From the NCBI GenBank assembly GCA_963849015.1, contig CAWKFK010000018.1:161232-225231 (forward strand): a stretch of DNA of 64,000 nt, given 5' to 3'. The notes under the pieces are model-generated. The model did not search any database. It was not told the origin of the DNA and saw nothing but the letters and a program-made list of their open reading frames with translations. This DNA is from an uncultured beta proteobacterium (GTDB lineage: Bacteria > Pseudomonadota > Gammaproteobacteria > Burkholderiales > Burkholderiaceae_E). Below, one piece after another: positions 33,565 through 53,062 of the stretch (within the stretch, counting starts at the first letter, position 1; every line of letters begins with the position of its first letter). A program made the position numbers and the translations under genes.

Positions 33565-34831
33565 TGAATTCCCTCGATCTGAGCCTGATCCTTCTGGTCG
33601 CGCTGGCCCTGGCCTGCGTCGTCTTCTACAACCTCTGGAGCGGTCGCCGTCGCCGTGCGCGGATGGCAGGGACGGGCGCGGCGTCGAAGTCCAGGGGCGA
33701 AGTCGCGCGCGGCGAGGGCGTCGGTGCCGGCGCCCGTTCCGAGCCTTCTCTCGACCTCGACGCGGCAGCGACGGGTGCGGCGTTCGGGCCGGCGGATGCG
33801 GACGTCGACGGCGATGTCGGCGTCTCCTACGGATCGGGCGCGCCCGCTTCCGGCGCAGGGGCGGCGGCAGCCGGGGAGACGGCCGCACGGGGCTCCGGGC
33901 GTGCCGTGCTGAGCGAGCTGACCGACTGCATCGTGGAGCTTGCTCCGGCAGCTGCGGTGTCCGGCGAACGGCTGATCCACCTGGCGCAGGGACTGCGCCG
34001 CGTCGGCAGCAAACCGGTGCTGGTCGAAGGCGGAGTACCGCGTCCGCGCGAGTCGACCGAGCCCGAGACGGCCGGTGCGGTGGCGTCCGACAGCGAACTC
34101 GTGCCGCTGGCGGGCGCCTCCGAGACGGCCGCGGACGATCGGCCGGTCGCGGCGGATCTCGGCTCGCGCGGCGATGCGCCGGAGGGCGACGATGCCGCCT
34201 GGTCGTGGCAGGCACCGATGGCCGGCGCGAGCTTCGAGCGCGTCCGTGTCGGCGTGCTGCTCGCGAACCGGCACGGCCCGCTCAACGCGATGGAGTTCTC
34301 CGAATTCGTCGCCGGCGTGCAGGCCCTGGCCGACCAGCTTTCGGCGCTGGCCGACACGCCCGACATGAACCGGGTGCTGGCGCGGGCGCGCGCCCTCGAC
34401 GACACCTGCGCGCAGCTGGACGCGCAGCTCGGCATCGGGGTCGAGACCCGCGAGCCGATGGGTCTGGGCGACCTCGCGCGCGAGGCGGAGGCCAGCGACT
34501 GCGTCGAGCGCGGCAACAACCGCTATGCCCGGCTCGGGCCGAATGGCGAGGTGCTGTTCTCGATCGCGATGGCCGACACTCCGAACCGCCTGACCTTGCT
34601 GCTCGACCTGCCGCGGGCGCCCGCCGGCCTCGACGCCCTGGAGCGGAGATGCTCGACTGCGCACGCGCCTGCGCCCATCGGCTCGGCGGCACGCTGATCG
34701 ACGATGCCGGGCGACCGCTGGCCGAGCCGCAGATCGAGCGCATCGCGCAGCAGGTCCGGCAGCGTTACCAGGGCCTCGACGAAGCCGGAATCCCGGCCGG
34801 CTCGCCGCTGGCGCTGCGCCTGTTCAACTGA
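33564..34831 (+). CDS. zipA: Cell division protein ZipA-like (frameshift near 34645)
   Basis: N-terminal TM plus basic stretch, low-complexity linker, [37 protein letters not shown]; smc-zipA-ligA synteny. Confidence 0.85.
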
Positions 34832-40407
<5,576 letters not shown>

Positions 40408-40411
<4 letters not shown>

Positions 40412-41235
40412 CGGGGTGCAGGCCAGCGCTGCCGCGACGAATGGCGGCGGAGCCGGCGTCGCCGCCGAGACGGGTCAGGATCTCGAACCCGGCTGTCGGT
40501 CACCAGCACGGTGTGCTCCCACTGCGCCGACAGGCTGTGGTCCTTGGTGACGATGGTCCAGCCGTCGGCGAGCTCGCGAATCTCGCGCCGCCCGGCGTTG
40601 ATCATCGGCTCGATCGTGAAGATCATGCCGGCTCGCAGCGTCTCGCCCGGTGCCGGGCTTGCCGTAGTGAAGGATCTGCGGCTCTTCGTGGAACTGCCGG
40701 CCGATGCCGTGGCCGCAGAACTCGCGAACCACCGAGAAGCCCGCCCCCTCGGCGTGGCTTCTGGATGGCGTGGCCGATGTCGCCGAGCGTGGCGCCCGGC
40801 CGCACCTGCGCGATCCCCAGCCACATGCACTCGTAGGTGACCTCGCACAGGCGTCGTGCGGCGATCGACGCCTCGCCGACGACGAACATGCGGCTGGTGT
40901 CGCCGTGGTACCCGTCCTTGATCACGGTGATGTCGAGGTTGACGATGTCGCCGTTCTTCAGCACCTTGTCGCCCGGAATACCGTGGCAGACCTGGTGGTT
41001 GACCGAGGTGCAGATCGACTTCGGGATACGGCGAGTAGCCCGAGGGCGCGTAGTTCAGCGGCGCCGGGACGGTCTTCTGGACGTCGACCATGTACTCGTG
41101 GCAGAGCCGGTCGAGTTCGCCGGTGGTGACGCCGGGCTTCACGAACGGGGTGATGTAGTCGAGCACTTCGGCGGCCAGGCGGCCGGCCACGCGCATCGCC
41201 TCGATGTCTTCGCTGGTCTTGATGCTGATCGTCAT
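40408..41235 (-). CDS. map: Methionine aminopeptidase type I (frameshifts; 3' end approximate)
   Basis: [65 protein letters not shown]. Confidence 0.94.
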
Positions 41236-41241
41236 GCTATG

Positions 41242-41247
41242 ATTATA
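41242..41247 (-). promoter_or_regulatory. Perfect -10 box (TATAAT) 6 nt before the map ATG; probably a leaderless transcript
   Basis: Minus strand reads TATAAT-CATAGC-ATG. Confidence 0.6.
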
Positions 41248-41364
41248 GGTTAGCTGATCAAAGTCAGCTGATAAGCAGGGTCAGCGATACTGGGTTCGAC
41301 CGCCGCCAGCAGCGGGGGGCGAGCGCCGCCAGCAGCGCCGGCCACTGCGAAAACCGCAGCAAAT

Positions 41365-41495
41365 CGCGCGTCCCGCCATCTGGGGTCCGCGCGGCGCGAT
41401 GGCAGACCCTGAGAGACCCTGAGGGCACGTCGCTCCGCGCGGCAACCGGCGACCGAATCCTCCGGATCGGTTCCCGGTATGGCGGCGACGTCAGT
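41365..41495 (+). promoter_or_regulatory. Structured rpsB 5' leader (putative S2 autogenous operator)
   Basis: CGTCCCGCCAT (41369-41379) pairs with ATGGCGGCGACG (41479-41490), with a GGGGT motif just inside the 5' arm, as in proteobacterial rpsB leaders. Confidence 0.55.
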
Positions 41496-41519
41496 CAAAA
41501 CCCTGAATGGAGTCTCGAC

Positions 41520-42266
41520 ATGTCGGCAACCATGCGTCAAATGCTCGAAGCGGGTGTGCATTTCGGCCACCAGACCCGCTTCTGGAATCCCAAGATGGCC
41601 CCGTTCATCTTCGGCCATCGCAACAAGATCCACATCATCAACCTCGAGAAGACCCTGGTCATGTACCAGGACGCGATGAAGTTCGTGCGCCAGCTGTCCG
41701 CCAACCGCGGCACCGTGCTGTTCGTCGGCACCAAGCGCCAGGCGCGCGAGATCGTCGCCGAGGAGGCGCAGCGCGCCGGCGTGCCCTACGTCGACGAGCG
41801 CTGGCTCGGCGGCATGCTCACCAACTTCAAGACCGTCAAGGGCTCGATCAAGCGCCTGAAGGACATGGAAGCCACGATGGCCGACGGCGGCCTCGAGCGC
41901 ATGTCCAAGAAGGAAGGCCTGATGTTCCAGCGCGAGCTGACCAAGCTCAACCAGAGCCTCGGCGGCATCAAGGACATGGACGGTCTGCCCGACGCGCTGT
42001 TCGTCATCGACGTCGGTTACCACAAGATCGCGGTCACCGAGGCGAACAAGCTGGGCATCCCGGTGGTTGCCGTGGTCGACACCAACCACTCGCCCGACGG
42101 CATCGACTACGTGATCCCCGGCAACGACGACTCCGGCCGGGCGATCCGCCTGTACGCGCGCGGCGTGGCCGACGCGATCCTCGAGGGTCGCAACGCCTCG
42201 CTGAAGGAAATCGTCAAGAGCGTTTCCGACGAGGAATTCGTCGAGGTCGACGCCGAACAGGCCTGA
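41520..42266 (+). CDS. rpsB: 30S ribosomal protein S2
   Basis: [36 protein letters not shown]; intact. Confidence 0.98.
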   Translation: MSATMRQMLEAGVHFGHQTRFWNPKMAPFIFGHRNKIHIINLEKTLVMYQDAMKFVRQLSANRGTVLFVGTKRQAREIVAEEAQRAGVPYVDERWLGGMLTNFKTVKGSIKRLKDMEATMADGGLERMSKKEGLMFQRELTKLNQSLGGIKDMDGLPDALFVIDVGYHKIAVTEANKLGIPVVAVVDTNHSPDGIDYVIPGNDDSGRAIRLYARGVADAILEGRNASLKEIVKSVSDEEFVEVDAEQA

Positions 42267-42287
42267 TCCCGCCAGGCGGTCTCGCAG

Positions 42288-42316
42288 CGGGGCTGTTTCG
42301 TACAGCCCCGTTTTTT
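42288..42316 (+). terminator. Intrinsic terminator/attenuator between rpsB and tsf
   Basis: CGGGGCTGT-TTCGT-ACAGCCCCG-TTTTTT. Confidence 0.88.
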
Positions 42317-42425
42317 GGGGCCGGCCCGTGACGCGATCCGGGCCGGAGCCAGACGGTTCACAAGGTTCGATGGGTTCAAAGCGGCGGCGCCCCGACGGCG
42401 GCCGCACCAAGCACAGGAGCAGAAG

Positions 42426-43323
42426 ATGGCGGAAATCACCGCGAGCATGGTCAAGGAACTGCGCGAGAAGACCGACGCGCCGATGATGGAATGCAAGAAG
42501 GCGCTCACCGAGGCCGGCGGCGACATGGCCAAGGCCGAGGAGATCCTCCGCGTCAAGCTGGGCAACAAGGCGAGCAAGGCGGCGTCGCGCGTGGCCGCGG
42601 AAGGCGTGGTCGGCATGTACCAGTCGGCCGACGGCAAGCTGGGCGCGATGGTCGAAGTCAACTGCGAGACCGACTTCGTCGCCAAGAACGACGACTTCCT
42701 CGCGCTCGCCAAGGCGCTGCGCCGAACTGGTGGCCACGCGCAACCCGGCCGACGTGGCGGCGCTGTCGGCGCTGCCGATGGGCGAGGGCACGGTCGAGTC
42801 GACGCGCACCGCACTGGTCGGCAAGATCGGCGAGAACATGTCGATCCGCCGCTTCACCCGCATCGCGGCCAAAGGTCGCCTGGCGTCAGCTACATCCACG
42901 GCGGCTCCAAGATCGGCGTGCTGATCGACCTCGTCGGCGGCGACGAGCAGCTCGGCAAGGACCTGGCGATGCACATCGCCGCCTCCAAGCCGAAGTCGCT
43001 GGACGCCTCGGGCGTGCCGGCCGAACTGATCGACACCGAGCGCCGCATCGCGATCGAGAAGGCGCGCGAGTCCGGCAAGCCGGAGGCGATCGTCGAGAAG
43101 ATGGTCGAGGGCACGGTGCAGAAGTTCCTGCAGGGAAGTGACCCTGCTTGGCCAGGTCTTCGTGAAGGCCGAGGACGACAAGCAGACCGTCGAGCAGCTG
43201 CTGAAGGCAAGGGGCGCGTCGGTGGCCGGCTTCACGCTGTACGTGGTCGGCGAGGGCATCGAGAAGAAGTCGAGCGATTTCGCCGCCGAAGTGGCCGCCC
43301 AGGCCGCCGCCGCGGCGCGCTGA
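42426..43323 (+). CDS. tsf: Elongation factor Ts (frameshifts)
   Basis: [51 protein letters not shown]. Confidence 0.96.
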
Positions 43324-43370
43324 CCGGGCGAATTCGACGATAATCCCGGCCTGACAAGGAGGTTCGACCA

Positions 43371-44741
<1,371 letters not shown>

Positions 44742-44742
<1 letters not shown>

Positions 44743-45515
44743 TGTCGCAGACGTCGGGGATCAGTTCCACCGCCGGACTGCCCGACGTCGGGCCGGTGCC
44801 GCGTCACGTCGCGATCATCATGGACGGCAACGGGCGCTGGGCGACCCAGCGCAAGCTGCCGCGGGTGGCCGGACACGCGAAGGGCGTCGAGGCGGTGCGC
44901 ACGATCGTCGAGGCCTGCGCGCGGCAGGGGGTCGAGTACCTGACCCTGTTCGCGTTCAGCTCCGAGAACTGGCGTCGTCCACGCCGACGAGGTCTCGGTG
45001 CTGATGCGCCTGTTCCTGACGGCGCTCAAGCGCGAGGTCTCGCTGCTGGCCAGACAACGGCATCCGCCTGCGCGTGGTCGGCGATCTGTCGGCGTTCGAC
45101 CCGCAGCTGCAGCGAGCTGATCGAAAAGGCCGAGCTGCGCACCGAGGCCAACCGCCGGATGACGCTGACGATCGCCGCGAACTACGGCGGGCGCTGGGAC
45201 ATCCTGCAGGCGGTGCGTGCGATGCTGCGGGTCCGGCCCGAGCTGGCGGGGGCGCCGGAAGCGATCGACGAGGCGGCCTTCGCGGGTCATCTCGCGATGG
45301 CCCACGCGCCCGAACCCGACCTGTTCGTGCGGACCGGCGGCGAACAGCGCATCAGCAACTTCCTGCTGTGGCAGCTCGCCTACACCGAGCTGTACTTCAC
45401 CGACACCTACTGGCCCGACTTCGACGCCGCAGAACTGCAGCGTGCGATCGACTCGTACCGGCAGCGCGAGCGCCGGTTCGGCAGGACCAGCGCCCAGGTC
45501 AGCACCGCCGCGTGA
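44742..45515 (+). CDS. uppS: Undecaprenyl diphosphate synthase (frameshifts)
   Basis: [51 protein letters not shown]. Confidence 0.95.
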
Positions 45516-45571
45516 TTTTCGCGCGCGCAGGCTGACCTGCCTTTCGAACCGCCGACACCGAGGACACACGC

Positions 45572-46399
45572 ATGCTTGGCCGCAGGGTGGTGACCGCTCT
45601 CGTGCTGCTGGCGATCCTGCTGCCGGCGATCTTCGTCTATCCGCCGATTGCCTGGGGCGTCCTGACCCTGGTGTTTCTCACCGTCGGCGCCTGGGAGTGG
45701 GGGCGCCTGCTCGAGCCGCCGGGCGCGTCGTCCGCGCGTGCCGCGACGGTGGTGCTGATCGCGGGCGTTGCACTGCTGGCCTGGCGCGAGTCGGCCTCAT
45801 GGCCGGGCGGCCATGTGCTGATCGTGCCGGCCGCGCTGCTGACGCTCTTCTGGGTCGTCGGCGGAGGCTTGCGCCTGGCGCGTCACGACGCGCGCCCCGG
45901 CGGCTGGATCCTGGCGTCGCTGCTGCTGCTGGGCTGCTGGCTGGCGCTCTACGAACTGCGTCTGCGCGGGCCGATCGCGCTGCTGTCGTCGATGGCCGTG
46001 ATCTGGATCGCCGACATCGCCGCCTACTTCGCGGGGCGAGCCTTCGGCCGTCGCAAGCTGGCACCGGGCATCAGTCCGGGAAAGAGTTGGGAGGGCGCGA
46101 TCGGCGGGTTCGTCGCGGTCGCCGTGCTCGGGGCCGCGGCCGCCGGCACGACCGGGCTCGAGGCTTCGCTGCCCGCGGCGCTGTCCGCCCGCCTGCCGAC
46201 GGCGGTCGCGCTGCTGGTGCTGGTCGCGATCGCCGCGCTGTCGATCGTCGGCGACCTGCACGAATCCCTGCTCAAGCGGCAGGCCGGCGTGAAGGACAGC
46301 GGCTGGGTCCTGCCGGGACACGGCGGCGTGCTCGACCGGATCGACGCGCTGATCCCGACGATGCCGGCCGCGCTGCTGATCTATGAACTGCTGAGGTAG
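45572..46399 (+). CDS. cdsA: Phosphatidate cytidylyltransferase
   Basis: [52 protein letters not shown]; intact. Confidence 0.95.
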   Translation: MLGRRVVTALVLLAILLPAIFVYPPIAWGVLTLVFLTVGAWEWGRLLEPPGASSARAATVVLIAGVALLAWRESASWPGGHVLIVPAALLTLFWVVGGGLRLARHDARPGGWILASLLLLGCWLALYELRLRGPIALLSSMAVIWIADIAAYFAGRAFGRRKLAPGISPGKSWEGAIGGFVAVAVLGAAAAGTTGLEASLPAALSARLPTAVALLVLVAIAALSIVGDLHESLLKRQAGVKDSGWVLPGHGGVLDRIDALIPTMPAALLIYELLR

Positions 46400-47602
46400 T
46401 GCCGACCATGCTGACGCTCACGGTCCTGGGTGCGACCGGATCCATCGGCGCGAGCACGCTGGACGTGGTCGCGCGCCACCCCGATCGCTATCGGGTGTTC
46501 GCGCTGTCGGCCAACCGCCGCGTCGACGAGCTGGCCGCGTTGTGCCTGCGCTTCCGTCCGGCGTTCGCGGCGATGCCGGACGAGGCGCAAGGCCGGCGCC
46601 TGCGGGCGCGGCTGGCCGAGGCGCGATGCGCCACCGAGGTGCTGTCGGGGCCCGACAGCCTGGCGCAGATCAGCGCGGCGCCCGAGGTCGATGCCGTGAT
46701 GGCGGCGATCGTCGGGGCCGCGGGCCTCGAACCGACGCTGGCTGCCGCGCGCTGCGGCAAGCGCATCCTGCTGGCCAACAAGGAAGCTCTGGTGATGGCC
46801 GGGCCGGTGTTCGTCGCGGCGGCGCGTGCGGCCGGCGCGGTGGTGCTGCCGATCGACAGCGAGCACAACGCGATCTTCCAGTGCCTGCCGTCGTCCGTTC
46901 AGGGCGACGCGCGCGCCATGTCCTCGGCGGGGGTGCGGCGGATCCTGTTGACGGCCTCCGGGCGGGCCGTTCCGGCAGCGCCCGATCGAGCAGATGCGCA
47001 CCGTCACGCCGGACGAGGCGTGCGCGCACCCGAACTGGAGCATGGGGCGCAAGATCTCGGTCGATTCGGCGACCATGATGAACAAGGGGCTCGAACTGAT
47101 CGAAGCCCAACTGCTGTTCGGGTTGCCGCAAGAGCGCATCGAGATCGTCGTCCATCCGCAAAGCGTGATCCATTCGATGGTCGAATACCTGGACGGATCG
47201 GTGCTTGCGCAACTCGGCAACCCCGACATGCGCACGCCGATCGCCCACGCGCTGGCCTATCCAGAGCGCATCGCCAGCGGCGTCGGCGCGCTCGATCTGC
47301 CGGCGCTCGGGCGGCTCGACTTCGAACCGCCGGATCCGCGGCGATTTCCCTGCCTGCGGCTGGCCCGCGAGGCCCTGTCGGCCGGCGGCGCCGGGCCCTG
47401 TGTTCTGAACGCCGCCAACGAGATGGCGGTCGAGGCCTTCCTGGCCGGCCGCATCGCGTTCACCGACATCGCCGCCGTCGACGAGACGGTCCTGAACGCG
47501 CTGGGCAACCGCCCGTCGCCGGCTGATGTCGCTGGCGTGCTGGCGCTGGACGCCGAGGCCCGTTCGCTGGCGCAATCCCGGATCGAGAGGTGCGCACGAT
47601 GA
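46399..47602 (+). CDS. dxr: DXP reductoisomerase (frameshift near 46960)
   Basis: [44 protein letters not shown]. Confidence 0.95.
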
Positions 47603-48968
47603 GTTTCCTGCAGACCCTGATTTCCTTCCTGGTGGCGCTGACGCTGCTGATCTTCGTGCACGAGATGGGCCACTACCTGGTGGCGCGCTGGTGCGGCGTG
47701 AAGGTCCTGCGGTTCTCGATCGGCTTCGGCAAGCCGCTCGCGACCTGGACGGTCGGGCCCGACCGCACCGAGTGGGCGCTGTCGGCGATTCCGCTCGGCG
47801 GCTACGTGAAGATGCTCGACGAGCGCGAGTCAGCGCGGGTCCGATCCCGCCCGAGGATCTTCCGCGGGCGTTCACGCGCCAGTCGCTCGGCAAGCGGTCG
47901 CTGATCGTCGTGGCCGGGCCGGTGGCCAACTTCCTGCTCGCGATCGCGTTGTACTTCGTGCTGAACTCGGTCGGGGTGCAGGAGCCCGCGCCGGTCGTGG
48001 CCGCGCCGGCGCAGTCCACCGCGGCGGCGGCGGCCGGCCTGACTGCGGGCGACCGCGTGCTGTCCGTCGACGGGCGCGAGGTTCGCTCCTGGAACGAGGT
48101 GCGTCTGCGCATGGTCGACGGTGTCATCGAGCGCCGTGCGATCCCGTTCGAGGTCGACCGCGACGGCGCCCGGCAGGCGCTGTCGATCGACGCCGCCGGC
48201 CTGCCCGCAGGGCGAGGTCGAGCGCGACTTCCTGCGCTACGCTCGGGCTCGATCTGGCCGCCGGGCGGATCGTGATCGCCAGCGTGCTGCCCGACGGCGC
48301 GGCGGCCCGCGCCGGCCTGAAGGCCGAGCGACGAGGTGCTCGCCGTCGATGGGCGGCCGCTCGCCCGCTCCCTCGACCTGATCGACGCGATCCGCGCCAA
48401 TCCGCAGACGACGCTGCGGCTGGACGTGCGCCGCGGCGCCGACGTGCTGCGTATCGAGGTGACGCCCGAGGCGCGCGCCTCCGAGCGCCCGGACGAGGCC
48501 GGGCAAGACGGTCGGCAGGATCGGCGCGGGAATCGCCAACCGCGTGCAGATGGTCGAGGTGCGCTTCGGCCCGCTCGAGTCGCTGCAGCGTTCGGCGCAC
48601 CAGACCTGGGACATGTCGCTGTTCTCGCTGCGCATGCTCGGCAAGATGCTGGTCGGCGAGCTGTCCTGGCGCAACCTGAGCGGACCGGTTTCGATCGCCG
48701 ACTACGCCGGGCAGAGCGCGCGCGATCGGCTGGTACGCCTACCTGTCCTTCCTGGCGCTGATCAGCATCAGCCTCGGGCGTGCTCAACCTGCTGCCGATC
48801 CCGGTCCTCGACGGAGGTCATTTGGTATATTACGGCCTCGAAGCGATACGCGGCCGGCCGCTGTCGGAGCGTTTCGTCGAGATCACCCAGAAGGCCGGGC
48901 TCGCCATGATCGGCGCAATGATGATCATGGCCCTGTTCAACGACTTCACCCGTCTGATCGGATCCTAA
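47599..48968 (+). CDS. rseP: RIP metalloprotease RseP (frameshifts)
   Basis: [26 protein letters not shown], two PDZ-like segments, [12 protein letters not shown]. Confidence 0.93.
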
Positions 48969-51303
48969 TGTCTGTTTCGCGCCCGAAGCGCGGCAGTCGC
49001 ACGCGCTTCGCGGTGCGGGCCGTTGCCAGCATCTGCGGCTCTGGTCTTCTGCCAGGCCGTTCTCGCTTTCGATCCTTTCGTCGTTCGCGACATCCGGATC
49101 GACGGCATCCAGCGCACCGAACCCGGAACGGTCTTCGGATACCTGCCGGTCAAGATCGGCGAGCTGCTGACCGAAGACAAGGCTGCGGCCGCCGTGCGCG
49201 CGCTGTACGCCACCGGTTTCTTCAAGGACGTGCGACTCGAGGTCGAGGGCGCAGGTGCTGGTCGTGTACCTCGAGGAACGCCCGGCGATCGCGTCGATCA
49301 ACATCAAAGGGACCAAGGAATTCGACGAGGACACCGTCAAGCGCGCGCTGCGCGACATCGGGCTGGCCGAGAGTCGCATCTTCGACCGCAGCCTGCTCGA
49401 GCGCGCCGAACAGGAGCTCAAGCGCCAGTACCTGTCGCGCGGCAAGTACGCGGCACGGGTCACGTCGACGGTGACGCCGCTCGAGCGCAACCGCGTCGAG
49501 CATCACGATGGCGGTCGAGGAGGGCGAGTCGGCGAAGATCAAGTCGATCCGCATCGTCGGCAACAAGGCGTTCACCGAGGCGAAGCTGCTCGACGAGTTC
49601 CGCCTGTCGACGCCGACCTGGATGTCCTGGTACACGAAGACCGACCAGTACTCGCGCGAAAAGTTCGCCGGCGATCTCGAGTCCCTGCGCTCGTTCTACC
49701 TGAACCGCGGCTACCTCGAGTTCTCGATCGATTCCACGCAGGTGTCGATCACGCCCGACAAGGAGGACGTGCACCTGACGATCAGCATCACCGAAGGCGG
49801 CGTCTACCGCGTCAACCAGATCCGCTTCTCGGGCAGCTGCTGGGCCGCGAAGCCGAGTTCGCGGGGCTGATGACGCTCAAGGCGGGCGAGACGTTCTCCG
49901 GCCAGAAGCTGGCCGAATCCCAGAAGCGCATCACCGACCGGCTCGGCGCGACTGGGCTACGCGTTCGCGAACGTCAATGCGGTGCCCGAGATCGACCGCG
50001 ACAAGCGCGAGGTCAACTTCGACGTGCTGGTCGACCCCGGCCGTCGTGTGTACGTGCGCCGGATCAACGTCTCCGGCAACGCGCGCACCCGCGACGAGGT
50101 CGTCCGCCGCGAGATGCGGCAGTACGAGGACGCCTGGTACGACTCCGACAAGATCCGCCTGTCGCGCGAGCGGATCGGCCGGCTCGGCTACTTCACCGAC
50201 GTGCGCGTCGACACCGTCCCGGTGCCCGATGCGCCCGACCAGGTCGATCTGTCGGTGAGTCGTCACCGAACAGCCGACCGGCGCGGTCACCGCTCGGCGT
50301 CGGCATCTCCAGCTCCGAGAAGCCTGATCCTGTCGGCCTCGCTGAACCAGCAGAACTTCCTGGGCACCGGCAAGTCGCTCGGCCTCCAGATCAACACCAG
50401 CAAGGTCAACCGCACGATCGTTCTGGCGCACACCGATCCCTACTTCACGCCCGACGGCATCAGCCGGACCTTCGACGTCTACACCGCGAACCTGTCAACG
50501 CGGACCGAGCTCAACCTCGGCGACTACAAGTGGCGGACGTCCGGCATCGGCCTGCGCTTCGGCGTGCCGTACACCGAGTTCGACCGGATCTCGTTCGGCC
50601 TGTCCGCTACGAGGCCAACCAGCTCGACCTCGGTCCGAGCGCGCCGCAGCGCTACAAGGAGTACGTCGCGGCCTTCGGCGAAGACAGCTCGGCGCTGCTC
50701 GGCAACCTGGGCTGGCGGCGCGACTCGCGCGACAGCGCGTTCGCGCCGACCAGAGGCCGTCTCCAGACCGCGAGCCTCGAGTTCACGCTGCCGGTGGGCG
50801 ACCTGCGCTACGCGCGGGCGAGCTACATTCATCAGTGGTACCTGCCGCGATCTCCAAGGACTACACGCTCGGCGCTGAACGGGGACATCGCCATCGGCCG
50901 GCCGCTACGGCGGCAAGGTCTACCCGCTGTTCAAGAACTATTTACGCCGGCGGCATCGGCACCGTTCGCGGCTTCGAGCAGGCCTCGCCTCGGGCCGCGA
51001 GACCCGGTGGACAACGTCCCGCATCGGCGGCCAGATCCGGCTGGTCGGCAGCGCGGAGTTCCTGTTCCCGCTGCCCGGCACCGGCAACGACCGCAGCTTC
51101 CGCGGCTTTCGTGCTTCTTCGACGTCGGCAACGTCTTCCCGAGGTCGACAACGTCGACCTCGGCGAACTGCGCGTTCGCGACCGGCTTCGGCCTGAACTG
51201 GGCGTCGCCGATGGGGCCGATGAAGCTCAGCGTCGGCTTCCCGCTCAACCAGGAGGGCGATCGACCGCAGCGGATCCAGTTCCAGCTCGGCACCGGCTTC
51301 TGA
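48968..51303 (+). CDS. bamA: Outer membrane protein assembly factor BamA (many frameshifts)
   Basis: POTRA DIRIDGIQR..GTVF, LYATGFF, GNARTRDEVVRRE, NFLGTG, VRGF, C-terminal FQLGTGF. Confidence 0.93.
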
Positions 51304-51432
51304 TGACGGTGCCGGGCATTCGTGCGAGGATCGGCCGGGCGGAGGGCCGGTGCGCGCGCAGGGCGTGCCCGGGCGGACGCTCGAGGCACCTGTGAGACAA
51401 TTGCGGCTATCGTTCGAGGCACGGAAATTGCG

Positions 51433-51942
51433 ATGAAATGGTGGCGTCACGGCTGGTCATCGTCGGTCGCTCCTGGCTGTCCCGCCGATGCCGTCGGCGC
51501 AGGACGTCACGCAGCTCGGCTACGTGAACACCGAGCGCATCCTGCGTGATGCCGCGCCCGCCAAGGCTGCGCAGCAGAAGCTCGAGCAGGAGTTCAGCAA
51601 GCGCGACAAGGAACTGCAGGAGATGGCGGCGCGCCTGAAGGCGACGAGCGAGCGGCTCGAGCGCGACGCAGCGGTCACCAACGAGACCGAACGCGTCCGC
51701 CGGCAGCGCGAGTTCGCCGATCTCGAGAAGGACTTCCAGCGCAAGCAGCGCGAGTTCCGCGAGGACCTCAACCAGCGGCGCAACGAGGAGCTCGCCCAGG
51801 TCGTCGAGAGGGCGAACCGCGTGATCAAGCAGATCGCCGAGCAGGAGAAGTTACGACTTCGTCCTGCAGGAAGCCGTGTACGCCAGCCCGCGCGTCGACA
51901 TCACCGAGAAGGTGCTGCGCGCGCTGGCCAATCGCCAAGTAG
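51433..51942 (+). CDS. skp: Skp/OmpH chaperone (frameshifts; ends approximate)
   Basis: GYVNTERILRD..AKAAQQKLEQEF, EDLNQRRNEE, DITEKVL. Confidence 0.88.
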
Positions 51943-51965
51943 ACGTCGGCGGGTGTCCCGGCACG

Positions 51966-53059
51966 ATGGCACGGTCCCTCGCTGCCGCGATCTGCCTCGA
52001 CGAACTCGTCGAGCGCTTCGGCGGCGAACTCGTCGGTGACGGCTCCCGCGCGGTCACCCGCTGGCGACGCTCGCAGTCGGCCGGCCCCGTCCGATCTCGC
52101 CTTCCTGAGCGCCGCGCAAGTACCGCGCGGAAGCGTCGGCGACGCGCGCCGGGGCGGTGATCGTGGCGCCGCGCGCTAGCCGATGCGCGTGCCTGCGCAG
52201 GCAGCGCGCATCGTCGTCGCCGACCCCTATGCGCACTTCGCCACGATCGCGCGCTGGTTCGCGCAGCAGCTCGCGCCGCCGCGCGCCCGCGCCCGGCGTG
52301 CATCCGGGAGCGAGCGTCGACGCCCGGCGCGCGGCTCGGCGCCGACGTCGGCGTCGCGGCCGGCTGCGTGATCGACGACGGTGTCGTGCTGGGCGACGGC
52401 GTCGTGCTCGGCGCCGGCTGCGCGATCGGCCCTGGAGCGCAGCATCGGCGCCGGAACGGTGCCTGGCGCCCAACGTGACCGTCTACCACGACTGCAGCAT
52501 CGGCGCGCGCGGCGATCGTCCACGCCGGCACGGTGATCGGCTCCGACGGTTTCGGCTTCGCGCGCGAGCAGGGGCGCTGGTCGAAGATCCCGCAGCTCGG
52601 GCGCGGTGCGAATCGGCGACGACGTCGAGATCGGCGCCAACTGCGCGGTCGATCGCGGGGCACTCGACGACACCGTGATCGGCGACGGCTGCAAGCTCGA
52701 CAACCTGGTGCAGATCGCGCCACAACGTGCGGATCGGCGAGCACATCGGCACTCGCAGGCTGCGTCGGCGTCGCCGGCAGCGCGGTGATCGGAAGGCGCT
52801 GCATGATCGGCGGCGGAGCCGGCATCCTCGGACACCTCGAGATCTGCGACGACGTGGTGATCTCCGCGATGAGCCTGGTCGACGCGGTCGATCACGCACG
52901 CCCGGGTTCTACAGCGGAGTGTTCCCGCTGATGGAGAACGCCGAATGGGAGACGGTCGGCTGCGATCGTGCGGCAGCTGCCTGCGCTGCGCCGACCGGAC
53001 TGCGCAACTGGACGCGGGCGCCACCGGGCGCCCCGGCCGCGACGACAACCGAGGACTGA
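51966..53059 (+). CDS. lpxD: UDP-3-O-acyl-glucosamine N-acyltransferase (many frameshifts)
   Basis: [49 protein letters not shown]. Confidence 0.9.
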
Positions 53060-53062
53060 ACG

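Noticed and set aside
29484-34664. 1726-aa minus-strand ORF ending in QueF
   Set aside because: Antisense shadow of smc/zipA caused by high-GC codon bias. QueF has its own ATG at 29900 and a TATAAT box.
29556-34697. 1713-aa ORF that looks like an SMC-ZipA fusion
   Set aside because: One extra base near 33511 bypasses the smc stop. The normal end ([18 protein letters not shown]) and a TGATG overlap with zipA are present in the adjacent frame.
42355-42378. GGTTC repeated three times at a 9-bp period before tsf
   Set aside because: Too short to separate from chance, and no known motif fits.
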